Shown here: positions 21,145-31,806 of the stretch, piece after piece
Layout of the letters: every line of letters begins with the position of its first letter
Position numbering within the stretch: position 1 is the first letter of the stretch
Source: Planctomycetota bacterium
Lineage (GTDB): Bacteria; Planctomycetota; UBA1135; UBA2386
Assembly: GCA_046290465.1 (NCBI GenBank)
Contig: JBKAGP010000001.1
Location: 3,360,001-3,424,000 of the forward strand
Reading direction: 5' to 3'
Length of the DNA stretch: 64,000 nucleotides
Position numbers and translations under genes: made by a program
The notes under the pieces: generated by a model
Seen by the model: the letters and a program-made list of their open reading frames with translations, nothing else
Told to the model about the DNA's origin: nothing
Database searches by the model: none

Positions 21145-21963
21145 ATGCCCGTGCGTCCGCAGCTGTTCTCGCGCTGGCGCCCGGCCGAGACCGAACGCGG
21201 CGCGGTGCTGGTCGTGCACGGCTACGGCGAACACAGCGGTCGCTACGAGCACGTGTTCGCGGCGCTCAACCAGCGCGGCCATTCGTGCCTGGGCATCGAC
21301 TACCGCGGCTTCGGCCAGGCCGAGGGCCGTCGCGCGCACGTGCGCTCGTTCGACCAGTACCTCGACGACGTGCAGTGGGGCCTCGACGAGCTGCGCGCCC
21401 GCAGCGACCGCCGCCCGTTCCTCCTCGGCCACAGCCAGGGCGGCCTGATCTGCGCGCACTTCGCGATCCAACGCGCCCCCGACCTGCAGGGCCTGGTGCT
21501 CAGCAGCCCGGCGCTGCGGTTCGCGGTGCACGTGCCGACGTGGAAGCGCGTGCTGGCGCAGCTGACGTCGGCGATCTGGCCGAGCATGACGCTGCCGTCC
21601 GAGATCGACCCGCGCGACCTGACCCACGACGAGGCCGCGCTGCGTCGGCTCGACGAGGACCCGCTGATCGTGCGCGTCGCGACGGCGCGGTGGTACACCG
21701 AGAGCCTGCGCGCGCAGCGCTGCACGATGGCGCGCGCCGACGCGCTGCGCACGCCGTGCCTGTTCCAGGTCGCCGGCGCCGACCGCGTCGTCGTCGCGTC
21801 GGTGACGCGCACGTTCTTCGAGCAGGTCGCGGCGGCCGACAAGACCTGGATCGACTACCCGCGCGTCTTCCACGAGGTCTACCAGGAGACCGCCGACGTG
21901 CGCGCACGAGCCCTGGCCGACCTGTGCGACTGGCTCGACGCGCGCAGCGGCCGCGACGCCTAG
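21145..21963 (+). CDS. Alpha/beta hydrolase (lysophospholipase/monoacylglycerol lipase family)
   Basis: HGYGEHSGRY, DYRGFG, GHSQG nucleophile elbow, FHEV. Confidence 0.9.
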   Translation: MPVRPQLFSRWRPAETERGAVLVVHGYGEHSGRYEHVFAALNQRGHSCLGIDYRGFGQAEGRRAHVRSFDQYLDDVQWGLDELRARSDRRPFLLGHSQGGLICAHFAIQRAPDLQGLVLSSPALRFAVHVPTWKRVLAQLTSAIWPSMTLPSEIDPRDLTHDEAALRRLDEDPLIVRVATARWYTESLRAQRCTMARADALRTPCLFQVAGADRVVVASVTRTFFEQVAAADKTWIDYPRVFHEVYQETADVRARALADLCDWLDARSGRDA

Positions 21964-22046
21964 GAGCGCGTCCATGTAGTGGACGCGCTGCCGACCGTGA
22001 TCGCGGAAGCAGCGTGTACGCGTGCGGACGGGGCTTTGCCCGCTAG
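21960..22046. mobile_element. CTAG-flanked ~87-bp dispersed repeat (MITE-like), copy 1
   Basis: Near-identical to the reverse complement of 42827-42914; CTAG at both ends; internal hairpin AGCGCGTCCA-TGTAG-TGGACGCGCT. Confidence 0.75.
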
Positions 22047-22079
22047 CCAGGCAGCAACGGGCAACCGGCGTCGGCAGGC

Positions 22080-22508
22080 TCAGGCCGGACCGAGGCCGAA
22101 CCAAGCCATGCGCATCACGATGCCGACGACGAAGCCGGCGGCCGCGGCCCAGAGCCACGGCTTCTGCACCGCGCGCAGCGCCCGCCAGTAGCCCGGCAGG
22201 ATGCCGCCGACGAGTTCGCCCAGCGCGCGCGCGACGCCGCCGAGTCCGACCGGGCGGCCCGTCAGCCGCGCCGGCAACGACAGCGGGCCCAGCAAGGCCA
22301 GCAGGATCGCCGCGCAGCCGGCGAGGCCGGCGACGAAGGCCAGCGGCAGCAACACCAGTCCGAGCACCAGCCAGGTCGCCAGGTGCATCAGGCGCTGGGC
22401 GTCGTAGACCTCCGCGAGCCCGAGCACGGCGGCCCCGGCCAGCGCGAACGCCAGCGCGGTGCCGGGCCACGGCGTCGGGGAGGCCGGTGGTGCGAGCTCG
22501 TTGGTCAT
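22080..22508 (-). CDS. Hypothetical integral membrane protein
   Basis: Several hydrophobic helices. Confidence 0.6.
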   Translation of the reverse strand: MTNELAPPASPTPWPGTALAFALAGAAVLGLAEVYDAQRLMHLATWLVLGLVLLPLAFVAGLAGCAAILLALLGPLSLPARLTGRPVGLGGVARALGELVGGILPGYWRALRAVQKPWLWAAAAGFVVGIVMRMAWFGLGPA

Positions 22509-22642
22509 GCCAGCTGCGCCGCTCCGAGGCGGCACGAGACGTTCGCCGCGACGCGGTTGTGGATGCGTCGGGCGTGCAGACCGTACGATGCAGGGCCGCG
22601 ACGCCGGCCCGCCGGCGCCACCTCCATCCGGACGAAGACGCC

Positions 22643-24100
22643 ATGAACCACCTGCCCCACCGCCTTCGCCTGCTCCTGGTCCTCGGCCTGCTGGTCGTTG
22701 CCGGCACCGCGCAGGAAGCCGCCCGCCGCCCCAACATCCTGTTCGCGATGGCCGACGACTGGGGCTGGCCGCACGCCGGCAGCTACGGCGACCGGGTCGT
22801 CGCGACGCCGACGTTCGACCGGCTGGCGCGCGAGGGCGTGCGCTTCGAGCACGCCTACGTGTCGAGCCCGTCGTGCACGCCGTCGCGCAACGCGATCCTG
22901 ACCGGCCAGGCGTTCTACCGGCTCGGCGAGGGCGCCAACCTGCACAGCACGCTCGATGTCGCGCACCCGACGTTCGTGCAGCTGCTCGAGCAGAACGGCT
23001 ACCGCGTCGGCCACTGGCGCAAGGCCTGGGGACCGGGCAACGCCAAGGCCGGCGGCTACCAGCGCAACCCGTGCGGGCCCAACGCGACGTTCGCGAAGTT
23101 CCTCGACAAGCAGCCGGACGGTGAGCCGTTCTGCTTCTGGTTCGGCACGTCGGACCCGCACCGCGGCTACCGGCGGCACAGCGGCCGCGAGGCCGGCATC
23201 GACCCCGACAAGGTGCACGTGCCGTCGTTCCTGCCCGACAACGACGACATCCGCGGCGACCTCGCCGACTACTACTTCGAGGTGCAGCGCTGGGACCGCG
23301 AGGTCGGCGAGGCGCTGGCCCTGCTCGAAGCGCGCGGCGAGCTCGACGACACGATCGTCGTGATGACCGGCGACCACGGCATGCCGTTCCCGCGCTGCAA
23401 GGGCAACCTCTACGACTGGGGCGCGCGCGTGCCGCTGGCGCTGCGCTGGGGAGCCAGGGTCGAGGCCGGTGCCGTGCAGGCGTCGTTCGTGTCGCTGACC
23501 GACCTCGCGCCGACGTTCCTCGAAGCCGCCGGCGTCGCCGTCCCCGACGTGATGACCGGCCGGAGCCTGCTCCCGACGCTCACCGGCGACGGTCCGGGAC
23601 GCACCTTCGTCACGTTCGGTCGCGAACGCCACACCCCGGCGCAGAAGATGCCGTCGCTCGACGGCTACCCGTCGCGCGCGATCCGCACCGACGGCTGGCT
23701 GCTGGTGCGCAATCTCGAGCCCGAGCGCTGGCCGGCGGGCGTGCTCGACGGCGCCAGCCACCCGATGAACGTGCACGCCGACTGCGACAACGGCCCGAGC
23801 AAGTCCTGGATCATCGGCAACCGCGAGGCCGACGCCGGCGGGCGCTTCTACGCGCTGTGCTTCGGCAGGCGACCGGCGTTCGAACTTTACGACTGCACCG
23901 CCGACCCGGACCAGGTCGTCAACCTCGCCGGCGATCCGAAGTACCGCAAGCTGGTCACCAGGCTCGACCATCAGCTGACCACCGAGCTGCGCAGGACCGG
24001 CGATCCGCGCTTCGTCGAGGGCGCCGAGGTCGGGTTCGACGCGTATCCGTATCGCGCCGGCTACCTGAAGAAGTACCTCGAGAAGCACGGCCACCGCTGA
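22643..24100 (+). CDS. Sulfatase (heparan N-sulfatase-like), secreted
   Basis: RPNILFAMADDWG, CTPSRNAILTG, GDHGMPFPRCK. Confidence 0.95.
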   Translation: MNHLPHRLRLLLVLGLLVVAGTAQEAARRPNILFAMADDWGWPHAGSYGDRVVATPTFDRLAREGVRFEHAYVSSPSCTPSRNAILTGQAFYRLGEGANLHSTLDVAHPTFVQLLEQNGYRVGHWRKAWGPGNAKAGGYQRNPCGPNATFAKFLDKQPDGEPFCFWFGTSDPHRGYRRHSGREAGIDPDKVHVPSFLPDNDDIRGDLADYYFEVQRWDREVGEALALLEARGELDDTIVVMTGDHGMPFPRCKGNLYDWGARVPLALRWGARVEAGAVQASFVSLTDLAPTFLEAAGVAVPDVMTGRSLLPTLTGDGPGRTFVTFGRERHTPAQKMPSLDGYPSRAIRTDGWLLVRNLEPERWPAGVLDGASHPMNVHADCDNGPSKSWIIGNREADAGGRFYALCFGRRPAFELYDCTADPDQVVNLAGDPKYRKLVTRLDHQLTTELRRTGDPRFVEGAEVGFDAYPYRAGYLKKYLEKHGHR

Positions 24101-24107
24101 GCGCGGT

Positions 24108-25403
24108 TCACGCGCGCAGCATCGTGTAGGGACCTTCGGGGATGACGGCGATGCGCGCGTCCGGATGCTGCGCGGCGAACTCGTCGACGTAGCGCTGCGC
24201 ACGCGCCGTGGCGTCGCCGTCGCCCTCGACCGGGGTCACGCCGAGCCGGCGCTGCACGTCCATCGGCAGGCCGTCGTTGGCCAGCAGCAGCCGCTCGCGG
24301 CCGATCCGCTGCAGCACCCGCGTCTGCATCTGGAACTGCCACTGGTCCTTCTCGGTGCGGCCGCTCGCGGCGATGTCGCGCAGGAACGCCTCGTGGTCGT
24401 TGCCGTAGCGCAGCATCAATCCGGTGAACTCCGGCGAGCCGACCTCGGTGCACGGCGAGCACATCAGCAGCCGCGACCCGGCGTGCAGCGCCGGCAGCGC
24501 GGTGACCATGCCCTTGACGGTCTGGTAGTAGCTCTCGTCGAGCGGGTAGCCGCCCGCCGACTGCACCACCAGGTCGAACGGCACCGGCACCGGCGCCGAG
24601 GTCCATGCACCGACCTGCTCGCAGCCGGCCTCGTGCGCGGCGACGAGGTCGCCGGCGAACACCCCGGCCAGCTCGCGGTCGTGCGTGATCGCGGCGTTGA
24701 CCAGGAAGTCGCAGCCCACCTGCCGCGCCACCTGCATGCCGATCTCGTGGCACGGGTTGCCGATCATGCGGCCCTCGGTCGCCGCCGGATCGCCCATCGT
24801 GCGGTGGCCGTGGAAGCGCTGCACGGTCTCGAGGTCGACCAGCCCGGGGCAGATGCCCTTGCGGCCACCGGAGTAGCCGGCCATGAAGTGCGGCTCGATC
24901 AGGCCGGTGACGATCTTGAGGTCGGCCTCGGCGTAGATGCGATTGACGCTGACCGGCGGGTCGTCGCTGACGCGCACGTGGGTGTCGGTGCGATCGGCCT
25001 CGTGGTCGACCACCCGCAGCCGCGCCAGCAGCGCGTCGCCGAGCATGATCTGCCGTTCGCGCTCGGTCGACGGTCGGTGCATGCCGGTCGCGATCAGCAC
25101 CGTGCACGCGCCGTCGTCGATCCCGACGGCGTTGAGCTGTTCGAGGATCGCGGTGATCAGCAGCTCGTTGGGCACCGGCCGCGTGATGTCGCTCATCGTG
25201 ATGACGACCGACGCCGGTCGCTTCGCGGCCGCGATCTCGCGCAGCGAGGCACAGCCGATCGGAGCGGCGAGCGCCGCGCGCACCGCGCCCTCGGGATCCG
25301 CCGCGCGCGGGATCTCGGGCCCGCGCAGCACTTCGGCACCGGCAGGCAACCGCAGGGGCTTGCGCCCCGTTCCGAACAGGATGTCGACCGATCGAGACGG
25401 CAT
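24108..25403 (-). CDS. larA: LarA-family nickel-pincer-dependent alpha-hydroxy acid racemase/epimerase
   Basis: SDITRP, ATGMHR, IEPHFMAGYSGGRKGICPG, GGYPLD..YQTVKG, C-terminal IPEGPY. Confidence 0.9.
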   Translation of the reverse strand: MPSRSVDILFGTGRKPLRLPAGAEVLRGPEIPRAADPEGAVRAALAAPIGCASLREIAAAKRPASVVITMSDITRPVPNELLITAILEQLNAVGIDDGACTVLIATGMHRPSTERERQIMLGDALLARLRVVDHEADRTDTHVRVSDDPPVSVNRIYAEADLKIVTGLIEPHFMAGYSGGRKGICPGLVDLETVQRFHGHRTMGDPAATEGRMIGNPCHEIGMQVARQVGCDFLVNAAITHDRELAGVFAGDLVAAHEAGCEQVGAWTSAPVPVPFDLVVQSAGGYPLDESYYQTVKGMVTALPALHAGSRLLMCSPCTEVGSPEFTGLMLRYGNDHEAFLRDIAASGRTEKDQWQFQMQTRVLQRIGRERLLLANDGLPMDVQRRLGVTPVEGDGDATARAQRYVDEFAAQHPDARIAVIPEGPYTMLRA

Positions 25404-25414
25404 GGTCCACGAGC

Positions 25415-26566
25415 CTAGCGCCAGATCCGGCAGGATCGAGGCGCGCCCCGATCCGCGGATCCAGCGCGCTGCTGGTCGATGCCGGGCGCCTCGTGGCCGG
25501 TGACGTCCAGCGCGTCGCACACCGCCTCGGCGAAGCCGCTGCACGACGTCGACGCGGCACCGTCCTCGGCGAGGTCCCGCGTGCGCCACCCGTCCGCGAG
25601 CGCGACGTCGACCGCTCGTTCGATCGCAGCGGCGACCTCGGGCTGGTCGAGCGAGTGCCGGGCCAGCATGGCCGCGCTCTCGATCGCACCGCACGGATTG
25701 GCGACGTCCTGGCCGGCGAGGTCCGGAGCCGAGCCGTGCACCGGCTCGTAGAGCCCGAAGCCACCGACGCCGAGCGAAGCCGACGGCAGCATGCCGAGCG
25801 AACCCGCCAGCACGCTCGCCTCGTCGCTGAGCACGTCGCCGAACAGGTTCTCGGTCACGACGACGTCGAAGCGCGCCGGCTGCTGCACCAGGTGCATCGC
25901 CATCGCGTCGACCAGCACGTGCTCGAGGGCCACGTCGGCGAACTCCTCCCGCACCACCCGTTCGGCGGTCGCACGCCACAGCCGCGAGGTCGCCATCACG
26001 TTGGCCTTGTCGACCGAGGTCAACCGCCCGGAACGCGCCCGCGCCATCGTCGCGGCGCGGCGCACGACCCGTTCGATCTCCTCGCGCGTGTAGGCACAGA
26101 CGTCGTGGGCACGCTGGTCGCCCTCGAGCTTGTCGCCGAAGTAGATGCCCGAGGTCAGTTCGCGAACGAACACCAGGTCGACGCCGTCGAGCAGGTCGGC
26201 GCGCAGCGGTGCGCGCCCGAACAGGGCCGGGCGCGGGCGCACCGGCCGCACGTTGGCCCACAGGCCGAGCTCCTTGCGGATGCGCAACAGGCCGGCCTCC
26301 GGTCGATCGGCGCCGCGCACGTGGTCCCAGGCCGGACCGCCGACGGCCCCGAGCAGCGCCGCGGCCGCGCCCCGGCAGGCGGCGAGCGTCGCCGCGGGCA
26401 GCGGCTCGCCGACGGCGTCGATCGCCGCGCCGCCGATGGCCGCCTCGACGGTCTCGAGCCGCACGTCCACCGCCTCGAGCGCACGGCGCAGCACCCGGAC
26501 CGCCGCGCGCGTGACCTCGGGGCCGATGCCGTCGCCAGGGAGCACCGCGATCGTCGACGTCCTCAT
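25415..26566 (-). CDS. leuB: 3-isopropylmalate dehydrogenase
   Basis: LPGDGIGPEV, RELTSGIYFG, VDKANV, NLFGDVLSDE, YEPVHGSAPD. Confidence 0.97.
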   Translation of the reverse strand: MRTSTIAVLPGDGIGPEVTRAAVRVLRRALEAVDVRLETVEAAIGGAAIDAVGEPLPAATLAACRGAAAALLGAVGGPAWDHVRGADRPEAGLLRIRKELGLWANVRPVRPRPALFGRAPLRADLLDGVDLVFVRELTSGIYFGDKLEGDQRAHDVCAYTREEIERVVRRAATMARARSGRLTSVDKANVMATSRLWRATAERVVREEFADVALEHVLVDAMAMHLVQQPARFDVVVTENLFGDVLSDEASVLAGSLGMLPSASLGVGGFGLYEPVHGSAPDLAGQDVANPCGAIESAAMLARHSLDQPEVAAAIERAVDVALADGWRTRDLAEDGAASTSCSGFAEAVCDALDVTGHEAPGIDQQRAGSADRGAPRSCRIWR

Positions 26567-27129
26567 CGCACCGCCTCCCGCCGTGCTTCGAACACGGTGA
26601 TCGCCGCCCGCCGCTGCAGCAGTTGGTCGAGGTCGTCGCGGCCGGTCATCAGGCAGTCACGCTCGTAGTCGCCGAGCGCGAACGCGATCTCGCCGTGGGC
26701 GTGCGTGACGACCCGGCGCTCGAGGTCGACGTGCAGCTCGCTCCACGGCGCCGCGACCAGCGCGCGGTGGAAGGCCTCGGGCACGACGATCGGCAGCAGG
26801 CCGTTCTTGAGCGCGTTGCCGCGGAAGATGTCGGCGAACGACGTGCTGACGACGCAGCGCAGGCCCAGCGCCCGCAGCGCCCAGGCGGCATGCTCGCGCG
26901 AACTGCCGCAACCGAAGTTGTCGCCGGCGACCAGCACGCTGCAGCCGCGCGCCCGCGCATCGGCCAACGGCGAGGCCGGATCGCTGCGCCAGTCGGCGAA
27001 CGCCGCGTCGGCGAGGCCATCGCGATCGGTCGTGGTCAGGAAGCGCGCCGGCACGATCTGGTCGGTGTCGATGTTGGCCGTCGGCAGCACCAGGATCGGG
27101 GATTCGACGCGAAGCAGGGGAGGGTTCAT
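26563..27129 (-). CDS. leuD: 3-isopropylmalate dehydratase small subunit
   Basis: NIDTDQIVPARFL, NFGCGSSREHA, FADIFRGNALKNGLLP. Confidence 0.97.
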   Translation of the reverse strand: MNPPLLRVESPILVLPTANIDTDQIVPARFLTTTDRDGLADAAFADWRSDPASPLADARARGCSVLVAGDNFGCGSSREHAAWALRALGLRCVVSTSFADIFRGNALKNGLLPIVVPEAFHRALVAAPWSELHVDLERRVVTHAHGEIAFALGDYERDCLMTGRDDLDQLLQRRAAITVFEARREAVR

Positions 27130-27131
27130 GT

Positions 27132-28534
<1,403 letters not shown>

Positions 28535-28538
<4 letters not shown>

Positions 28539-29473
28539 TGGTGCACCTCCGCGCGCCGCAGCGGCGTGACGTGGCCACGTGGGTCCGGGATCCGGCCGGC
28601 GACCAGCTCGGCAAACGCACGCTGCAGGCGCCGGGTCATCGGACCGGGCCGACCGTCGCCGACCGGGGCGCGGTCGACGCTGCGGACCGGCGTGATCTCC
28701 GCGGCCGTGCCGACCAGGAACAGCTCGTCGGCCAACAGCAGCAGCTCGCGCACGATGCGCTCCTCGCGCACCTCGAAGCCGGCGCCGCGCGCCAGTTCGA
28801 ACACCAGGTCGCGGGTCAGGCCGGGCAACAGCGAGCACGATGCCGGAGGCGTGAACAGCACGCCGCCGCGGGCGACGAACACGTTCATGCCGGACCCTTC
28901 GCTGACGTAGCCGTCGGTGCCGAGCGCGATACCTTCGGCGTAGCCGTCGCGGTGCGCCTCGGCGGCGATCAGCTGGCCGCTCAGGTAGTTGCCGCCGGCC
29001 TTGGCGAGCTGCGGCAGCGTGTTGGGCGCCGGCCGCTGCCACGACACCACGCAGGCGTCGACGCCGTCGGTCTTGGCGCCCTCGCCGTGGTAGTGGTCCC
29101 ACTCGACCGCGGCGACGATCGCCTCGGTCGGCGTGTCGCCGGGATCGAGGCCGAGGCGGCCGTGGCCGCGGTAGAGCAGCGGGCGCACGTAGGCGCTCTC
29201 GAGGCGGTTGTCGACGACCACCTCGTGGCAGGCGTCGATCAGCTGGTCGCGGCCGAACAGCACCGGCATGCGGTAGATGCGCGCCGAGGCCAGCAGCCGG
29301 TCGACGTGGTCCTCGAGCCGCAGGAAGCGCGGGCCGCGCTCGGTGCGGTAGCAGCGGATGCCCTCGAAGACGGAGGATCCGTAGTGGAGCGCGTGGCTCA
29401 TCACGTGTGTGGTCGCTTCGGCGAACGGCACGAGGCGGCCGTTCTTCCAGATGGTTCGGGAGTCGTCGGTCAT
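28535..29473 (-). CDS. ilvE: Branched-chain amino acid aminotransferase
   Basis: [44 protein letters not shown]. Confidence 0.95.
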
Positions 29474-29482
29474 CGTTGCAGG

Positions 29483-31066
29483 TCAGTTGGGCTCGGTGGT
29501 TGCGGCGGCCGCCGTTGCGGCCGCAGCGCTGCGTTCGTTGCGGTTGATGGCGTCGAGGAACGCGCGCGCGCTCGCCTCGACGATGTCGGTGTGCACGCCG
29601 TGGCCGCGCACCAGGTCGTCGCCGAAGCGGCACTCGGCGGTGACGCGGCCCTGCGCGTCCTCGCCGAGCGTGGCGCTGTGGATCTGGAACCGGTGCAGCG
29701 CGGCGTTCGGGATGCCGGTGGCGCGCACGATCGCCTTCCACGCGGCGTCGACCGGACCGTCGCCGACGGCGGCCTCGTCGCGATCCCCGTGCTCACGATG
29801 GCGCATGCGCACGGCGGCGCTCGGCAGCGTGCCCGCGCCGGCGCTGGCATGCAGCGAACGCAGGTGCCACGGTCCCTCGACGGTCGCCTCGTCGTGGATC
29901 AACGCCTCGAGGTCGCCGTCGAACACCTGCTTCTTGCGATCCGCGAGCTCCTTGAAGCGCACGAACAGCCGATCCAGCTCGTCGTCGTCGAGCGCGAACC
30001 CGAGCGCACGGGTGCGCGCGACCAGCGCGTGGCGGCCGCTGTGCTTGCCGAGCACGATGCCGCAGGCGCGCGCACCGACGTCCTCGGCGCGCATCACCTC
30101 GTAGGTCGCGCGGTGCTGCAGCACGCCGTGCTGGTGGATGCCCGACTCGTGCGCGAACGCGTTGTCACCGACGATCGCCTTGTTGGGCGGCACCCCGACG
30201 CCGGTCACCGCGGCAAGCACCCGGCTGGTCGCGCACAAGCGCGTCGTGTCGATCGCCGATGCGACACCGAAGCGGTCGGGCCGCGTGCGCACGGCCATCG
30301 CGACCTCCTCGAGCGCGCAGTTGCCGGCGCGTTCGCCGATGCCGTTGATCGTGCACTCGACCTGCCGCGCACCGTGCTGCACGCCGGCCAGGCTGTTGGC
30401 CACCGCGAGCCCGAGGTCGTCGTGGCAGTGCGTGCTCAACACGACGCCGTCGATGCCGCGGACGTGTTCGCGCACGTTCGCGAACATCGCGCCGTATTCC
30501 GCCGGCATTGAGTAGCCGACGGTGTCCGGCAGGTTGATCGTGGTCGCCCCGGCGTCGATCGCGACCTGCACGACCTTGACCAGGAACTCCGGCTCGGTCC
30601 GCGACGCGTCCTCGGCCGAGAACTCGACGTCCGCACAGCGGCTGCGGGCCAGCCGGACCCCGGCCTCCACCCGGCGCAGCACCTCGTCCCGGTCCATGCG
30701 CAGCTTCTTCTCGCGGTGCAGCGGACTGGTCGCGAGGAACACGTGCACGCGGCCGCGCGCCGCCGGCGCGACCGCGTCGGCGGCACGCTCGACGTCGCCG
30801 GTCACGCAGCGCGCCAGCGCCGCGATGCCGGGCCCTTCGATCTGGCTCGCGATCGCCCGCACGGCTTCGAAGTCGCCGTCGGAGGCGGCCGGGAAGCCGG
30901 CCTCGAGCCAGTCGACGCCGAGCGCCGCGAGCGCGCGCGCGACCACCAGCTTCTCGTCGAGCTGCATCGAGAAGCCGGGCGCCTGCTCGCCGTCGCGGAG
31001 CGTGGTGTCGAACAGGATCAGGCGGTCCTGGGCGTGGGCGGAAACGTTCGGATCGGACGTGGTCAT
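29483..31066 (-). CDS. leuA: 2-isopropylmalate synthase
   Basis: [42 protein letters not shown] regulatory domain. Confidence 0.97.
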   Translation of the reverse strand: MTTSDPNVSAHAQDRLILFDTTLRDGEQAPGFSMQLDEKLVVARALAALGVDWLEAGFPAASDGDFEAVRAIASQIEGPGIAALARCVTGDVERAADAVAPAARGRVHVFLATSPLHREKKLRMDRDEVLRRVEAGVRLARSRCADVEFSAEDASRTEPEFLVKVVQVAIDAGATTINLPDTVGYSMPAEYGAMFANVREHVRGIDGVVLSTHCHDDLGLAVANSLAGVQHGARQVECTINGIGERAGNCALEEVAMAVRTRPDRFGVASAIDTTRLCATSRVLAAVTGVGVPPNKAIVGDNAFAHESGIHQHGVLQHRATYEVMRAEDVGARACGIVLGKHSGRHALVARTRALGFALDDDELDRLFVRFKELADRKKQVFDGDLEALIHDEATVEGPWHLRSLHASAGAGTLPSAAVRMRHREHGDRDEAAVGDGPVDAAWKAIVRATGIPNAALHRFQIHSATLGEDAQGRVTAECRFGDDLVRGHGVHTDIVEASARAFLDAINRNERSAAAATAAAATTEPN

Positions 31067-31407
31067 GGTCTCGGTCGGTCGGAGCAGGGCCCGTGGCCGG
31101 AGTGCGCCGCGCGCACGTCCAGCAGGCCGGTCAGCTTCTGCAGGAGCGGGCCGACGGGGCTCATCGCGATGCCGTCGGAGACCGCCACCGTGCCGAACTC
31201 GAACGGCGTGCCGCCCGCCTCGCGCACGCCCGCGGCGGCGTGGCCGGCCAGTTCGCGCAGGTGCATCGTGCACGGCATCACATCGGTGAACGTGCCGATG
31301 ACGGCCACCATCGGCCGGGCCAGGGCCTCGTCGTCGAGGCCGGTGGCGCGCAGCATGGCGCGCGCGGGGGCGCGGCGGGGACCCTTCTTGATCGCGTCGC
31401 TTCGCAT
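31063..31407 (-). pseudogene. ilvD: N-terminal ~80 aa of dihydroxy-acid dehydratase fused to an unrelated tail
   Basis: RSDAIKKGPRRAPARAMLRATG...PCTMHL...GGTPFEFGTVAVSDGIAM, then homology is lost; full-length IlvD is several times longer. Confidence 0.85.
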
Positions 31408-31441
31408 GGAATCGCCTGGTGCAGCGACCGGTGCCGAAACG

Positions 31442-31478
31442 AAAAAAGCCCCGCATCCTCGGCTGAGGATGCGGGGCT
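31442..31478 (-). terminator. Rho-independent terminator of the ilv/leu attenuator
   Basis: Minus strand AGCCCCGCATCCTC-AGCC-GAGGATGCGGGGCT followed by a T run, just upstream of the first operon gene. Confidence 0.9.
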
Positions 31479-31509
31479 CTTTCGAGCTTCGGTCGGTCTG
31501 TGGACCGCC

Positions 31510-31656
31510 TTACCGCATCCCCTCCGGGGTGACGAGGAGGACGAGAAGGACCGCAAGAAGCGCGACGACGACGACCGGAAGCACGACGAGACCCAGCGAC
31601 GAGGCGAAGCTCGCGCGGGCGTTCTCGGTGCAGGTCGTGTCGATCGTGGCGGTCAC
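31510..31656 (-). promoter_or_regulatory. Leu/Val-rich leader peptide (transcription attenuation)
   Basis: ...LGLVVLPVVVVALLAVLLVLLVTPEGMR*: 18 of 22 consecutive codons are Leu/Val; its 3' end GGATGCGG is complementary to the terminator 5' arm; GTG start uncertain. Confidence 0.8.
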
Positions 31657-31806
31657 GGGGGCGGGTGTCGTAGCGGGCTCGCTCGAAGCCGTCAAGGCGT
31701 GCGCTTCGATTCCGTGCGCGCCGATCGACGCGATCCGTCGACGGTGCGAACCGCCCCACCCCGACCTGCGCACGCGCCGTACGACGGATCCGATACGATC
31801 ACGGCG

